A stretch of DNA of 64,000 nt from an uncultured virus (IMG/VR IMGVR_UViG_3300050821_001955). Lineage: Duplodnaviria; Heunggongvirae; Uroviricota; Caudoviricetes. This document shows, piece after piece, positions 46,113 to 56,324 of the stretch (position 1 is the stretch's first letter; every line of letters begins with the position of its first letter). A program made the translations under genes and the position numbers. The notes below the pieces were generated by a model, which saw only the letters and a program-made list of their open reading frames with translations, did no database searches and had not been told where the DNA came from. The stretch lies in the IMG/VR virus record IMGVR_UViG_3300050821_001955, one strand, 5' to 3'.

Positions 46113-48952
46113 TATACTAGATTGTCCTCAAAGACCTGGAACGGATCTTTTCCTAATTGTTGTCCGGATAGTATCACTAGCTTATCAATACCTAGTTTTA
46201 TACTAGCTAGAGTTTCATTAGCATCTGCTCCGCTACCAGGTTGACTTACATCTCCCGGTTCTCCCGCTTGTCTTTGTTGGGGCTGGGCGTTAAATATATC
46301 CGAGATACCTGTAGGAGTCCGACCTAGATTTCCTATCTTGGGTAGATTCCATCTCTTTTTACCTCTCCCCGTAAGTTGCTGTACGGCTGGAGTGCCTCCT
46401 CCTGGGAGAGAACCGTCTGGAGCTAATCCGGGGATAGAAGCTCCTCCTTGCTGATTACCTACTTTAAGTCCTGCTTGATATTCTTGCATCATATTAAATG
46501 CTTCTAGACTTCCCGCTAATACCGCATCTACTCCTTTAACTGAAAAATCCAGTTTATGATCTTTATCTAGCTCCTTATCTACATCTTTAATAGCCTTATT
46601 GTAGGTGGCTAGATCAATCTTATTCTTGTCTAGTAACTCTTTAAGCTTTTCGTGCTCTTCTCTCGCTTTTTCTATAGGACTCTTATACTTATCAGTTATT
46701 TGCTTTCCTTCCTCAGTAAGCTTCAAATCCTTTTCTTGAGCTTCTTTGATCTTTAACCACTTCTGGACCTCTTCTAATTGAGAATCCGTAGCTCCCTTGA
46801 TCTTAAGCTTAAATATCTCTGCCGCTTCTCCAGTTAATCCAAAAAGCATCACTTGTTCTTTTAGAGAGTTGGTAAGCTCTGTAATAGACTTAGTAAGTTC
46901 CGCTGTTCTCTCTAGTTGTTTAGTCTGGTCTCTTAGACTTTTATTCAAAGCTATGACTTCCGCATCTACTCCGGCTAAAGCCGCATTATAGGAGATTAGA
47001 TCCTTAGCCCCACTCTGTACGAATTTAATATGTTTTTGCATCTCCTTATTTTGATCTACTAGATCGTCTGTAGCTTTTTTACGTGCTTCTAAGAATTGTT
47101 GGTTTTTCTTAGTAACATCGTAGAGAACCATCTCAGCTGCCGAGACTCCTTCTAGAGCCCATTTCTCTCTTTGAGCGGCATCTGCTCCTATTTCTAAGAC
47201 TCGGATCTGATTCTCTAGTTCTTCCGTCATCTTATCAATTTCACCTAGAGCTTTATCACGGAGTTCTCCCGGCTTTAACTTGTCTAGTTCTTTTTGTAGA
47301 GCAGCTGCTCTCTCTTTTGAATTAGCTAGTCCCGCTTCCATTTCTTTAAGATTCTCTTTTGCTACATTTAGTTGATTACTACCAAAAGCAGCTGCCCAGT
47401 AGGTATTTAATCCCTTAATCTTTTCTTCAGCCGATTTGACTTGTCTATTCTGATCTTCTACCGCTTTTGAAGCCACTTTCATTTCATCTTCAAAATATTG
47501 TTTTCTTTGATCCTTTCCTATAAGATTACTACCCGTCTCTATAAGTTTAGTAGTCTCCTTAGTATGTTGTACTTTTACCTGATTAGTATAAAGTTGTCCC
47601 TCTTTTAATGATGCGTTAAGCTTATCATACCCTAGAGCAGCATCCCAAGCAGCTTTGCCTAAGCTATACGTCTCAGATACAGCAGACTTTATCCACCCCC
47701 AAACGGTTCCAGTAATCGATACTGCTTTATTAAACAGCCATACAACAGCAGTTACTCCTCCGAAGTATTCTATAAGTTTGTATATTCCTATTCCCAAAGC
47801 TATAGCCCCCGCTGCTATAATAACAAATGGGAGAGCATACATAGCAGCCGATAGTAACCAAGTAGCAGCTGTCCAAGCTATAGTAGGAATTATTGCTAGT
47901 GTAGCCGTAGTTACATAACCTGTTAAAGCCGTAGAACTAGCAAATCCTAACGAAGTTGCAAGAGTAGCTAGAGAGGAAGCTAACAAACTAGAAGTCACTA
48001 AAAATCCTCCTAGAGCTACCATTACTGTGCCAATAGCTGTTACGAGTAGCATAACTCCTGCTATAACCTTCTTAGTAACAGGATCCATATTAGCAAAAAT
48101 AGCTGTAAACTGTATCATAGTCGCTATACCAAGTTTAAGGATAGGGATAAATTCTTCCCCTATCTGACGAAACATGATATTGACGCTATCTTTAAAGGTA
48201 GAGACTAGTCCTAGGAAAGAAGTCGATTGACGTTCCATAAGATTAGCAAATCGTCCTCCCTCTTTAGACATACTTTCAAATATGTCCTTAACTCCTTGAA
48301 AAGTAATCCTACCGGAACTAAGCATATCTTGAGCCGCAGTGGTAGTAATCTTATAATGCTTAGCTATGTCCTCTAGCGAGAGAATGCCTCTAGTAGATAA
48401 TTGTCGGAAGTCTTGAGTTAGCAGATGTCCTACCCCCCGGATCTGATTGAATATTAGAGCAACCATTCCAAATTGTGTACTAGTACCTGCCGCAGCGTTA
48501 CCAATAAGCTTTAGAGTCTTCATTAACTCATCACCCCGTTCTCCAAAGGTAATAAGTCCTCTAGCGGCTTGTTCTATTTCAGGCATCTCGAAAGGAGTTT
48601 CGGCCGCAAACTTAGTAAGATCTGCTAGAGTCTTTCGAGTCTCTTTAGCACTACCTAACATAGTCTCAAAAGCAATGGTAGTCTGCTCAAATTTACCTGC
48701 CGACTGAGCAGCTTTATGGACCATCGTCCCAAATACCCCAGCGACCAAACCTCCTACAATAGCTAGTTGTCCTCCTAATCCGGCTAAACTGATATTTGCT
48801 TTATTTACAGTATCCTCTATATTCTTAACCGCATTTCCTACGTTCTTAGAAACAAGATTAGTAGCTTGTTCGGCATCTTTAAGCATATTCTGATAGCTAG
48901 ATCCGTCTCCGGTAAGTCTAACTATCATATCTCCAATAACCGTATCACTCAT
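46112..48952 (-). CDS. Tail tape measure protein
   Basis: FE.MLGSA...L..FAAETPFE.PEI tape-measure domain, hydrophobic core, coiled coils. Confidence 0.92.
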   Translation of the reverse strand: MSDTVIGDMIVRLTGDGSSYQNMLKDAEQATNLVSKNVGNAVKNIEDTVNKANISLAGLGGQLAIVGGLVAGVFGTMVHKAAQSAGKFEQTTIAFETMLGSAKETRKTLADLTKFAAETPFEMPEIEQAARGLITFGERGDELMKTLKLIGNAAAGTSTQFGMVALIFNQIRGVGHLLTQDFRQLSTRGILSLEDIAKHYKITTTAAQDMLSSGRITFQGVKDIFESMSKEGGRFANLMERQSTSFLGLVSTFKDSVNIMFRQIGEEFIPILKLGIATMIQFTAIFANMDPVTKKVIAGVMLLVTAIGTVMVALGGFLVTSSLLASSLATLATSLGFASSTALTGYVTTATLAIIPTIAWTAATWLLSAAMYALPFVIIAAGAIALGIGIYKLIEYFGGVTAVVWLFNKAVSITGTVWGWIKSAVSETYSLGKAAWDAALGYDKLNASLKEGQLYTNQVKVQHTKETTKLIETGSNLIGKDQRKQYFEDEMKVASKAVEDQNRQVKSAEEKIKGLNTYWAAAFGSNQLNVAKENLKEMEAGLANSKERAAALQKELDKLKPGELRDKALGEIDKMTEELENQIRVLEIGADAAQREKWALEGVSAAEMVLYDVTKKNQQFLEARKKATDDLVDQNKEMQKHIKFVQSGAKDLISYNAALAGVDAEVIALNKSLRDQTKQLERTAELTKSITELTNSLKEQVMLFGLTGEAAEIFKLKIKGATDSQLEEVQKWLKIKEAQEKDLKLTEEGKQITDKYKSPIEKAREEHEKLKELLDKNKIDLATYNKAIKDVDKELDKDHKLDFSVKGVDAVLAGSLEAFNMMQEYQAGLKVGNQQGGASIPGLAPDGSLPGGGTPAVQQLTGRGKKRWNLPKIGNLGRTPTGISDIFNAQPQQRQAGEPGDVSQPGSGADANETLASIKLGIDKLVILSGQQLGKDPFQVFEDNLV

Positions 48953-49341
48953 ATTGATTCGTCCGTTAGTTCATTGAGATTTTCTTGTTCTTCTTGACTT
49001 TGTTCTAAACTTAGTCCTACTAGAGGTAGCCAATAAGCTTTAGACTTTCTATCTGCTTCTTCTCTAGTTTGCTCTATAGATTTAGCTGAACTAAATTTGA
49101 GTCTTGCCTTTTCGATAGTGATACTATTAGGATTTTTAGCTAAGAGTTGACGAACTACTGTAATTAAAGCCATAGTATAATAGTCAGATCTACTAGGAGC
49201 GTTCCATTGTTCCTCTAGCCAAGCGAGACGAGTTAGGTATTCCCGATAGGTCATACGTCTTTTGAGTTCGTCTAACGTATCGGGAATATTCCATTCTCTA
49301 GCTATCCTTAGCCATCCGTCGTCTCGCTTTGCTCGTTTTTT
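48949..49341 (-). CDS. Tail assembly chaperone, -1 frameshift extension (gpT-like)
   Basis: -1 frame is open from slippery A AAA AAC (49335-49341) through RAKRDDGWLRIAREW... into MTYREYL... Confidence 0.8.
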   Translation of the reverse strand, partial: KKRAKRDDGWLRIAREWNIPDTLDELKRRMTYREYLTRLAWLEEQWNAPSRSDYYTMALITVVRQLLAKNPNSITIEKARLKFSSAKSIEQTREEADRKSKAYWLPLVGLSLEQSQEEQENLNELTDESI

Positions 49342-49766
49342 GCGGGAGTCCCATTTTCAATAAGTTCGGCTCTTTGCTTATTAAGCTCTACTATTTGCTT
49401 ATCAATATCTTCTACCGTAGTAGGTTGATCGATTTCACTAATCTCTTTAGCTTTAGCAAATAGAGCACTCATAGTCTTAGAAGAGAACTTACGAATGTCT
49501 GTAGCTTTAACAGGTTTAGTCTTATCTGCTTTTCCGTCCGATCCTGCTTCAAAAAGACACAGGGAGACAAGAAAAGGCTCTACATCTCCCATCCCTTTAA
49601 CACTTTGAGGCTTACCTCCCGGCCCTAGTTGAATATTCTCTAGCTTCCGATTAGCGAATTTAACTGCTACGTCTCCAGTAGCTTCGCAGAGAACATAGTC
49701 AATACCTCTCACGGAAACAGGAACTTCAATAGGGTCTTTATCCTCAAATACTAACTTTTCGACCAT
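49308..49766 (-). CDS. Tail assembly chaperone (gpG-like)
   Basis: Between tail tube and tape measure; PAKN slippery site near the end. Confidence 0.8.
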   Translation of the reverse strand: MVEKLVFEDKDPIEVPVSVRGIDYVLCEATGDVAVKFANRKLENIQLGPGGKPQSVKGMGDVEPFLVSLCLFEAGSDGKADKTKPVKATDIRKFSSKTMSALFAKAKEISEIDQPTTVEDIDKQIVELNKQRAELIENGTPAKNEQSETTDG

Positions 49767-49888
49767 TTTCGTCTATCCTTCTCTAAACGCTCTAGGATAG
49801 GTCTAGAAACGCCTATCTCGATTAAAACGGCCTATCTACCGTATTTAGAAACGAACGCTCTAGAGCGAATCTAGAGCGTTTAAGAGAA

Positions 49889-50374
49889 TTAAGTATCGCT
49901 ACCCGCAGCGGCAAATACTGGGGCTGCTTCACTTCCGTCGCTAGGATCAGTATTAGTAGGAACTATCTCAATCTCAGCTGTTGGGAAGGTTCCTTCTACT
50001 AAGGCAGCGGGAGTAAACATCCTCAAAAATCCGTAGAACGCGAGAGTCGATCCGCTAGGAAAGTGAACTGTCCAAGAGCATTCTTTGTTGAGAAGACTAC
50101 CAGTAATAGCCGTAGTCAAGCTGTCGTTATACCCAGCTGTAACTTTAACCGGAGTCAAAGTAACTAATGCCCTAGGAGCAAATTGCTTCCATATGGTATT
50201 AAACATCGTAGTAGTATCGATCATCTCTCCCCCGTCCGCTCCGGGAGGAGTAACTTCACGTTCCCAAAACGCTACAGTCGGTACTAGACTGTTAGCGATG
50301 AGAGTCTTATAACCATCCTTCATCCTTTGCTTAGAAGGAGTACCACGAGCCGTTACGACTGGAGGCGAACCCAT
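49889..50374 (-). CDS. Major tail tube protein
   Basis: VTPPG.DGGE.IDTTT, W...FP.GST..F.GF; synteny. Confidence 0.75.
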   Translation of the reverse strand: MGSPPVVTARGTPSKQRMKDGYKTLIANSLVPTVAFWEREVTPPGADGGEMIDTTTMFNTIWKQFAPRALVTLTPVKVTAGYNDSLTTAITGSLLNKECSWTVHFPSGSTLAFYGFLRMFTPAALVEGTFPTAEIEIVPTNTDPSDGSEAAPVFAAAGSDT

Positions 50375-50388
50375 ATTATTTCCTTTTC

Positions 50389-50841
50389 TTAAAGTTGGTA
50401 AAGAGTAGCTAGAGCATTTAACGTAAACAAGTATCTTTTGGTTGCGCCTACCTCCGTACCTAGACTTAGTATCCCGCTAGTCCTAGAGAAAGATTCTACA
50501 AAGTAAGTGGATGAACCGATAACCACGATGACTCGATAGATTCCTTCATCAATAGCCGTGAGAATCGAATTGAGCTTGTTATAGCCGAGTTCTGAATTAC
50601 TAGCATCCGAACGTACTCGAATTTGTATCCCATAGTGAACCGCCATTTCTCCGTCGATAGAGCTACGTCCTTCATCCTTATCCGTCGTGTTGTAAACCGT
50701 GATTACGTTATCAGGAGGATCTTGTTCCCGTCCTACCGAGATAGGCCAAGCTTGGTTTAATGAAGGTAGAGTCCCTAGTCCTAGATTTACTAGGAGATGC
50801 CGAGTTATATCTGCTGGCGAGTTAGAGAGTCGTCCGCTAAT
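50389..50841 (-). CDS. Tail terminator / head-tail completion-like protein, probable ATT start
   Basis: Frame open upstream of the listed ATG: (M)SGRLSNSPADITRHLL...DPPDNVITVYNT...GIQIRVR; no ATG/GTG/TTG before the next stop. Confidence 0.65.
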   Translation of the reverse strand: MSGRLSNSPADITRHLLVNLGLGTLPSLNQAWPISVGREQDPPDNVITVYNTTDKDEGRSSIDGEMAVHYGIQIRVRSDASNSELGYNKLNSILTAIDEGIYRVIVVIGSSTYFVESFSRTSGILSLGTEVGATKRYLFTLNALATLYQL

Positions 50842-50843
50842 GA

Positions 50844-51368
50844 TTAGAATCCTGTTCCTGATCCGCTACCCGTTCTACGTCCGGAAAGATCAAAAGCTAC
50901 CATTACAATAAACCCGATACTATATTCATTTCCTACTACTGGGGTAATCCGAAAGATAATCTGCTCCCATATCGGATTAGGAAAATTCACTAGAGGGATA
51001 AGAGGAAAATCAATCGGAGGAAGAGTAGCTGAGAAGTTATAGCCTATCGTATCTAGATTCCAACCTAAATCTGTCTTAGGGCTATTCAAGATCGTAGGGT
51101 TGACTGGTAAGACTCTCCCGTAAGTGATATTCTTTAAGACTCCTGTAGGAATATTAGGGAGTAGACTAGCGGCGTTTAGAGGAAGAGCACCGAATTGAGA
51201 TTGATAAAGATTCCTAGACATCGGAACTTCCCAAACGTCATAACTAATACTCGCGACTTCCGTTTGATCTATAAGAACGTCTCCCGCTCCCGTTATCTGA
51301 CGTAAGAACGTGGGAGAGGATCTTTCTAGTACGGTTCCGAATACATAATTAACACTCACGTAACACAC
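50844..51368 (-). CDS. Hypothetical virion protein
   Basis: ORF in late operon. Confidence 0.5.
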   Translation of the reverse strand: MCYVSVNYVFGTVLERSSPTFLRQITGAGDVLIDQTEVASISYDVWEVPMSRNLYQSQFGALPLNAASLLPNIPTGVLKNITYGRVLPVNPTILNSPKTDLGWNLDTIGYNFSATLPPIDFPLIPLVNFPNPIWEQIIFRITPVVGNEYSIGFIVMVAFDLSGRRTGSGSGTGF

Positions 51369-52003
51369 TCCTCACAAGTAACCGGAACTAAACCTAGTCC
51401 TTGACCTGGTAGATAAACCATTCCCGGATCTAGAGGAGGTACGCTAGGATCTTGTTGAGTTATTATTTGTCCGGGAGAATAAATCATTCCTACATCGACA
51501 TTCGGGTTATAGGCTACGATTCCTAAGCAATCACAATAAGGTCCAAATACAAATACGTGAGGAGAAAAAGGAGTAGACCGAAGTCCTAGAGTTAGTTTTA
51601 TATCTCCGCTTAAAGGGACTCCTACACTTATATTCGGATGTAATCCTAATCCTAGTCCTACGTTTCCTCTAAGAGGTATTACAAGTTTAGTTGTCCCAGA
51701 CTCGGCTAAGCTATATCCTATGTTTCCTTGTAAGTGCTTAGCTACTGCCGCGTTTCCTGATTCTCCTAAGAGTAGTCCTATGTTTCCTACAAGCCCCACA
51801 GCTACATGAAGATTTCCGGATTCTCCTAAACTTAGACCTATGTTAGCAGCTAAGACGATTGTTAAAGGTTCGGGGTAGAGATTAGCTAGTTGAGCCCTTG
51901 TAAGAGAGTTATTTACATAGCTACCCGGATCAGGTAATATCCGAGCAAAAGGCTTACAAAAACCTAGAGCAGATCCTCTCTTATTAAGGGTATCTATTGC
52001 CAT
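51356..52003 (-). CDS. Hypothetical virion protein with ~20-aa internal repeats
   Basis: Repeats of GNIGL.L.ESG. Confidence 0.55.
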   Translation of the reverse strand: MAIDTLNKRGSALGFCKPFARILPDPGSYVNNSLTRAQLANLYPEPLTIVLAANIGLSLGESGNLHVAVGLVGNIGLLLGESGNAAVAKHLQGNIGYSLAESGTTKLVIPLRGNVGLGLGLHPNISVGVPLSGDIKLTLGLRSTPFSPHVFVFGPYCDCLGIVAYNPNVDVGMIYSPGQIITQQDPSVPPLDPGMVYLPGQGLGLVPVTCEECVT

Positions 52004-52027
52004 AGTAAGTTAGCTTGATTTACTCTA

Positions 52028-52426
52028 TTAGCTCAACGTATTAGTCAAAGCACCGATAGCGAAACTAGGAGTATTGTTATTAGCAATCGCTTGAGGAGTA
52101 GTCAAAGATCCGTAAGCTAAAAGATTCCCACTAGTAGAAGCATCAAATAAGCAAACTGTAACGATGGTTCCCCAACTCCCGGTACTCGTAGGAAAGTTAA
52201 GAGCAGTAGCATTACTATTTTGTCCGTTACCCGTTCCAGCTACACTCCAGCTTCCCGTAGTCGTTGCCACTCTCGTATAAGAGTTACCGCTAGGTTCGGC
52301 TAATGTAGCTCCTCTAGGTCCAGGGTCAGCCGTAGAGAGTCCTAGATAGAGAGTAGGAGGAGAGAAGGTAGCTCCCGTAAAGAACCAATCGAGAATCTTC
52401 TTAGCTAAGTAATAAGCAGCGGTCAT
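52028..52426 (-). CDS. Small minor tail / fibre-type protein
   Basis: LYLGLSTADP...EPSGNSY.R...WGTI....LFDASTSGNLL pattern common in phage minor tail proteins. Confidence 0.7.
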   Translation of the reverse strand: MTAAYYLAKKILDWFFTGATFSPPTLYLGLSTADPGPRGATLAEPSGNSYTRVATTTGSWSVAGTGNGQNSNATALNFPTSTGSWGTIVTVCLFDASTSGNLLAYGSLTTPQAIANNNTPSFAIGALTNTLS

Positions 52427-52762
52427 TACCCCTCCAAACCGGCGAATTGAGAGATTTCTCCCTCTAGTTGAACTACTTTAGGAGTAGGGAGTTCTCCTTT
52501 AATTACAGCCCTAGTTACATTCTCTAGTATTTCGGGAGTCACTAAGATTCCTAGATCATTAAGTACAGTTTCTAGAGGGCTAATCCGATCTATGATTCTA
52601 GTAACATAGTTCATCTCTTTGAGAGTTTGTAACTCTCCTTCGCTAAGCGGAGGCTCATCCTTATAAGGGATTCTAATAACCGGACAGTTAGTAAAAAAGC
52701 CTAGAGGGTAAATATTATCCCCAGATTTGATTAGTACCATAGTAGCTCCAATTAGATACATT

Positions 52763-53440
52763 CTAGGTCATCTTGTTACGAGTGAACGTAGTTGAGTCAT
52801 CGCTAACCGATTGAGATCCTACGGGAGTAGAGCTATCATCCTTAAAGAGAGTTAAGGTACTTCCGGTCTGAGTTATCTTATTCCTAGCGAGTTCATAGAG
52901 AAGATTCAAGGCTTGTAGTACCGTAGCCGTAGCTCCCGGAACCGCACTAAGATCGCTAAGAGCCGTAGCTAAATCATTAGTAGTAGTTCCTGTTAGAGCA
53001 TTGCTATGAGTAGGATTATCTATAGCCGCCCAATCAATACCCACATATCCTGCTGCTCCCGCAGAGTTAGTTCCTAACGTTTGTACTAGATTAGCGTCAA
53101 CTTGTCCTAGAGGAATGATAAAGTTCTTACCTAGACTTCCCGTACAAGCTACTGTAATAACTACAAAATCTACTCCACTAGCAAAAGCCGCATCAGGTAC
53201 TCCTAACTCATACATCCCATTATTATCTTCTATAAACCCCCCACTAGACCAGGTTCCTAAAGTCCCAGCACTAAGGGTAATAGCTACAGCACTGGAAGCT
53301 CCTTGACGTCGATACTTAGCAGTAACGGCTGAATAAGTCTTTCCGGTTAATGCCGTACCGTCTGTAGAAGACCTAAGCTCTACCGGGAGAGGGACACTAG
53401 TAGATCCTGCCTTAATCCCTCCCGCATACTTATTACTCAT
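52763..53440 (-). CDS. Putative virion structural protein
   Basis: Ser/Thr/Gly-rich; GGFIE...G.YEL.VPDAAFA.G. Confidence 0.55.
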   Translation of the reverse strand: MSNKYAGGIKAGSTSVPLPVELRSSTDGTALTGKTYSAVTAKYRRQGASSAVAITLSAGTLGTWSSGGFIEDNNGMYELGVPDAAFASGVDFVVITVACTGSLGKNFIIPLGQVDANLVQTLGTNSAGAAGYVGIDWAAIDNPTHSNALTGTTTNDLATALSDLSAVPGATATVLQALNLLYELARNKITQTGSTLTLFKDDSSTPVGSQSVSDDSTTFTRNKMT

Positions 53441-55596
53441 AACGCTAGACCTTTATTTAGAAGATATAAGCCGGATTTACTCATAGCGTAAGAGGGCTTA
53501 TACCTAGTTCGGAAGCTGCCGGGAAGTAGAGTAGTAATTCCATTGATCCAATCCGGTGCTCCTATTTCGGAAGTCACCGTAGCTACTATGGGAGGAAGAT
53601 CTGAAATAAAGTAGGTATAAACAAGATAAAGAGCATAAACGAAGGTCTGATCTCCTTTACTATTATCCATCCTCAAAGTAATAGTAAGTCCGTTACATTG
53701 AGTTCCTGTAAGAGATAATCCGCCCCAATTCTTATCTTGCCAAGATAGACTTTGAACTCCGAACGATTGAAAACTAGAAGGAGAACCTCCTACGGGAGTA
53801 TAAGCAAATTGTACGTCCGTACCGGCATCCATTACAGCATAAGCCCACAGATCTATCGTGGAGATACTCTCTGATCCTGTAAAGGGACTATCCATAACTA
53901 TATTACAATCGTAGGTACTTGCATCCGGTCCTATAGCATAGATATAGAGAGCATTTGTAGGCGGAGCAGTAGGCTCAGTTACAGTAGCTTTAATTAAATG
54001 ACTAGCATAGGTTCCGGTAGCATCAGGAGAGCCATTGTTGTATTTAATCCAAACCGTATTAGCTACCGTTCCATCGCTAGACGGATCAGACCGCATAGAG
54101 AAAGGCATTAAGATCCTCCTATCACGGATAGGAAGACTTGGTACTGTCTCTCTTTTTCCGCTAGCTTAACTTCTTTAGTATGTCCTCCTACGTAATCAGC
54201 GTGAAAGTAAGAAGCCCTAAGAGCCTTTTGTATATTTCCCGTAGCGAGAGCAGAGATAGCGTCATCTCTTACCCCTATCTGCGTATCTCCAACATAACTC
54301 ATAAGAGGGTCTAGGAGTATAGTGCAGATCCTTAGACTAGTCTCTATATCTAGAATTCCCGGTTGGGAAAGAGTCCAGATTCGATCCTCTTTAGAGTGTA
54401 CTTCGTGAGAGTTAACATCCGTAGCTAAGACTTCTTTAGAAGTCATAACCGTTCTACCCGCGAATATCTGCTCTAACCGTTCTCTAGTGTAACTAGAACA
54501 AAGCTTGGGGAGAGCTAATACATTATCTATAGTAATAGGAGTCATGAGGAGGCTACTCCTATAGCGGGTTGAATAGAACAAGTACCGTAGCCTACGGCAA
54601 GAGAAACGATGTCTCCATTCGCTAGAGTAGCTCTGATTCCGTAGTTGAAATCGTCTCCTTGAGGTAATGCTAGAGTCTGAGCCGCACTTAGTTCTATGTA
54701 AACTGCTTGGCTAGAACCACTAGGAACTGAGATTACTCCTGCCGCTACTAGTATCTGAACATTATCGTTACTCGGATCGTAAATGTAGAGACTTACCGAG
54801 CCTCCTGTAAGATCGGGCCACAATCCTCCTCCTGTAGCGGTTATCGCTCGTCCGTCTACGTTCTTGTAGCTGTCCCCGATCACTAGACTTATTAAGCCAT
54901 TAGTAATACCCGGAGATAGTACATTAACATTTACGTCTCCGGCTATGAGGGTACTTAGCACAGTCTGTACGATAGTAGAGAGACTATCTCCTCCTTGTAG
55001 ATCAGTTATTCTATGGACGCTAGTATCTTCTGTCATCGTAACGAATCCTACCGGGAGCATCGTAGCTCCGATATGGATAAAAGCTTGATAGACTCCTACT
55101 AGACCCGTAGTAGTTGCTTGATAGAGTCCCTTTCGGCTCGTATCTTCTACTAATGAGAGTCCTGAGACTACCGGAGAGACGGTGTTTAACGCTCCTAGCG
55201 GATACAGATCTAGCGTCATCGTCAACCCAGACGTATTTATATATTCGATGATAGAAGTAGGGAGAGGCATAGTTAGTCAATAGCCTGAGTAACTAAAGGA
55301 TTAGCAAGTTTTTCTAAGTTCTGTCCCCAAGCGGAAGTCGCTACAGCACTACCTTCCCAAAAAGCTAGAAAGACATTGAGAGATCCAATAGCGTTAGAAA
55401 TATCTCCCGGTGCGGCTTGAGTCCCTACTACTAGTCCATTAGAGACAGAAGCACCGCTAAGAGAATTCCAACCCGGATCAGTTACACCATTGTAATTACT
55501 AAACTCCTTAGCAGCTACATAAGCTGCTTTAAGTTGATTAGCAAGAGCTACTACCGCTTGAGCGGATTGACTAATTTGAGACGCGGTTAAAGCCAT
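53437..55596 (-). other. Four hypothetical late genes (53437-54108, 54108-54581, 54542-55270, 55273-55596)
   Basis: Co-oriented coupled ORFs with structural-protein-like composition. Confidence 0.5.
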
Positions 55597-55652
55597 AGTC
55601 TAAATTCCTAAGTGTCTTACTTTCCTTTACGAGTCACGATTTTTGGCCCGCA

Positions 55653-56324
55653 TTACCAAGTAATAGAAAATTTTCCTACTGCCCCGTTACCACTAGCTCC
55701 ATGTCTAGAAGCTCCACCCCCTCCTCCTCCCGGTACGGTTCCGTCTCCTCCGTTTCCCGCAGAAGCTACTCCGCCAGCACCACCTGCTCCTCCGTTTCCC
55801 CCGGCCCCGCCATTACCTCCGGTATTACTACTAGAGCCTATCCCATTAACACCAGGTGTTTCAGATGTACCGCCAGTACCTCCCGTACCTCCTAAGCCTC
55901 CCGATGCAGTTCCTGACCCTCCCGTTCCAACGGCTTTTCCCCCGTTCGCAGTCATAGCGGGAGACGTTACCGTAGCATTTCCTCCCGCTTGTCCGTCCGT
56001 AGCCGTAGAACTAGCAGGTCTAGAAGCTCCACCAGATGGAACTGTATAAGTAATAGTAGTTCCATTAGGTATGCTAACTCCAGTTTTCTTTACATATTCT
56101 CCACCGCCGCCACCGCCACTACCGTCACTCGCATTACCATCTCCTGCTCCTCCGCTAGCCCCTGCTGCCCAAATTTCTATAGTCGCTGTAATAGTCTGTC
56201 CTGTAGTATTAGTCCAAGTCTTACCGCTCCCTGCCGTTGTATCTGAGAAAGAACCATGAGATACTCCAACGGAATGATACCATCCCCAGCCCACTAAGAT
56301 GAGTATTGGAATTAAGAAGATCAT
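55653..56324 (-). CDS. Glycine-rich tail-fibre-associated protein
   Basis: IWAAGASGG, GGGGGGEY, PGGGGGGA, GAVGK..ITW; hydrophobic N-terminus. Confidence 0.7.
   Translation of the reverse strand: MIFLIPILILVGWGWYHSVGVSHGSFSDTTAGSGKTWTNTTGQTITATIEIWAAGASGGAGDGNASDGSGGGGGGEYVKKTGVSIPNGTTITYTVPSGGASRPASSTATDGQAGGNATVTSPAMTANGGKAVGTGGSGTASGGLGGTGGTGGTSETPGVNGIGSSSNTGGNGGAGGNGGAGGAGGVASAGNGGDGTVPGGGGGGASRHGASGNGAVGKFSITW

Noticed and set aside
55612..56259. Pro-rich + strand ORFs
   Set aside because: Antisense translation of the Gly-rich gene.
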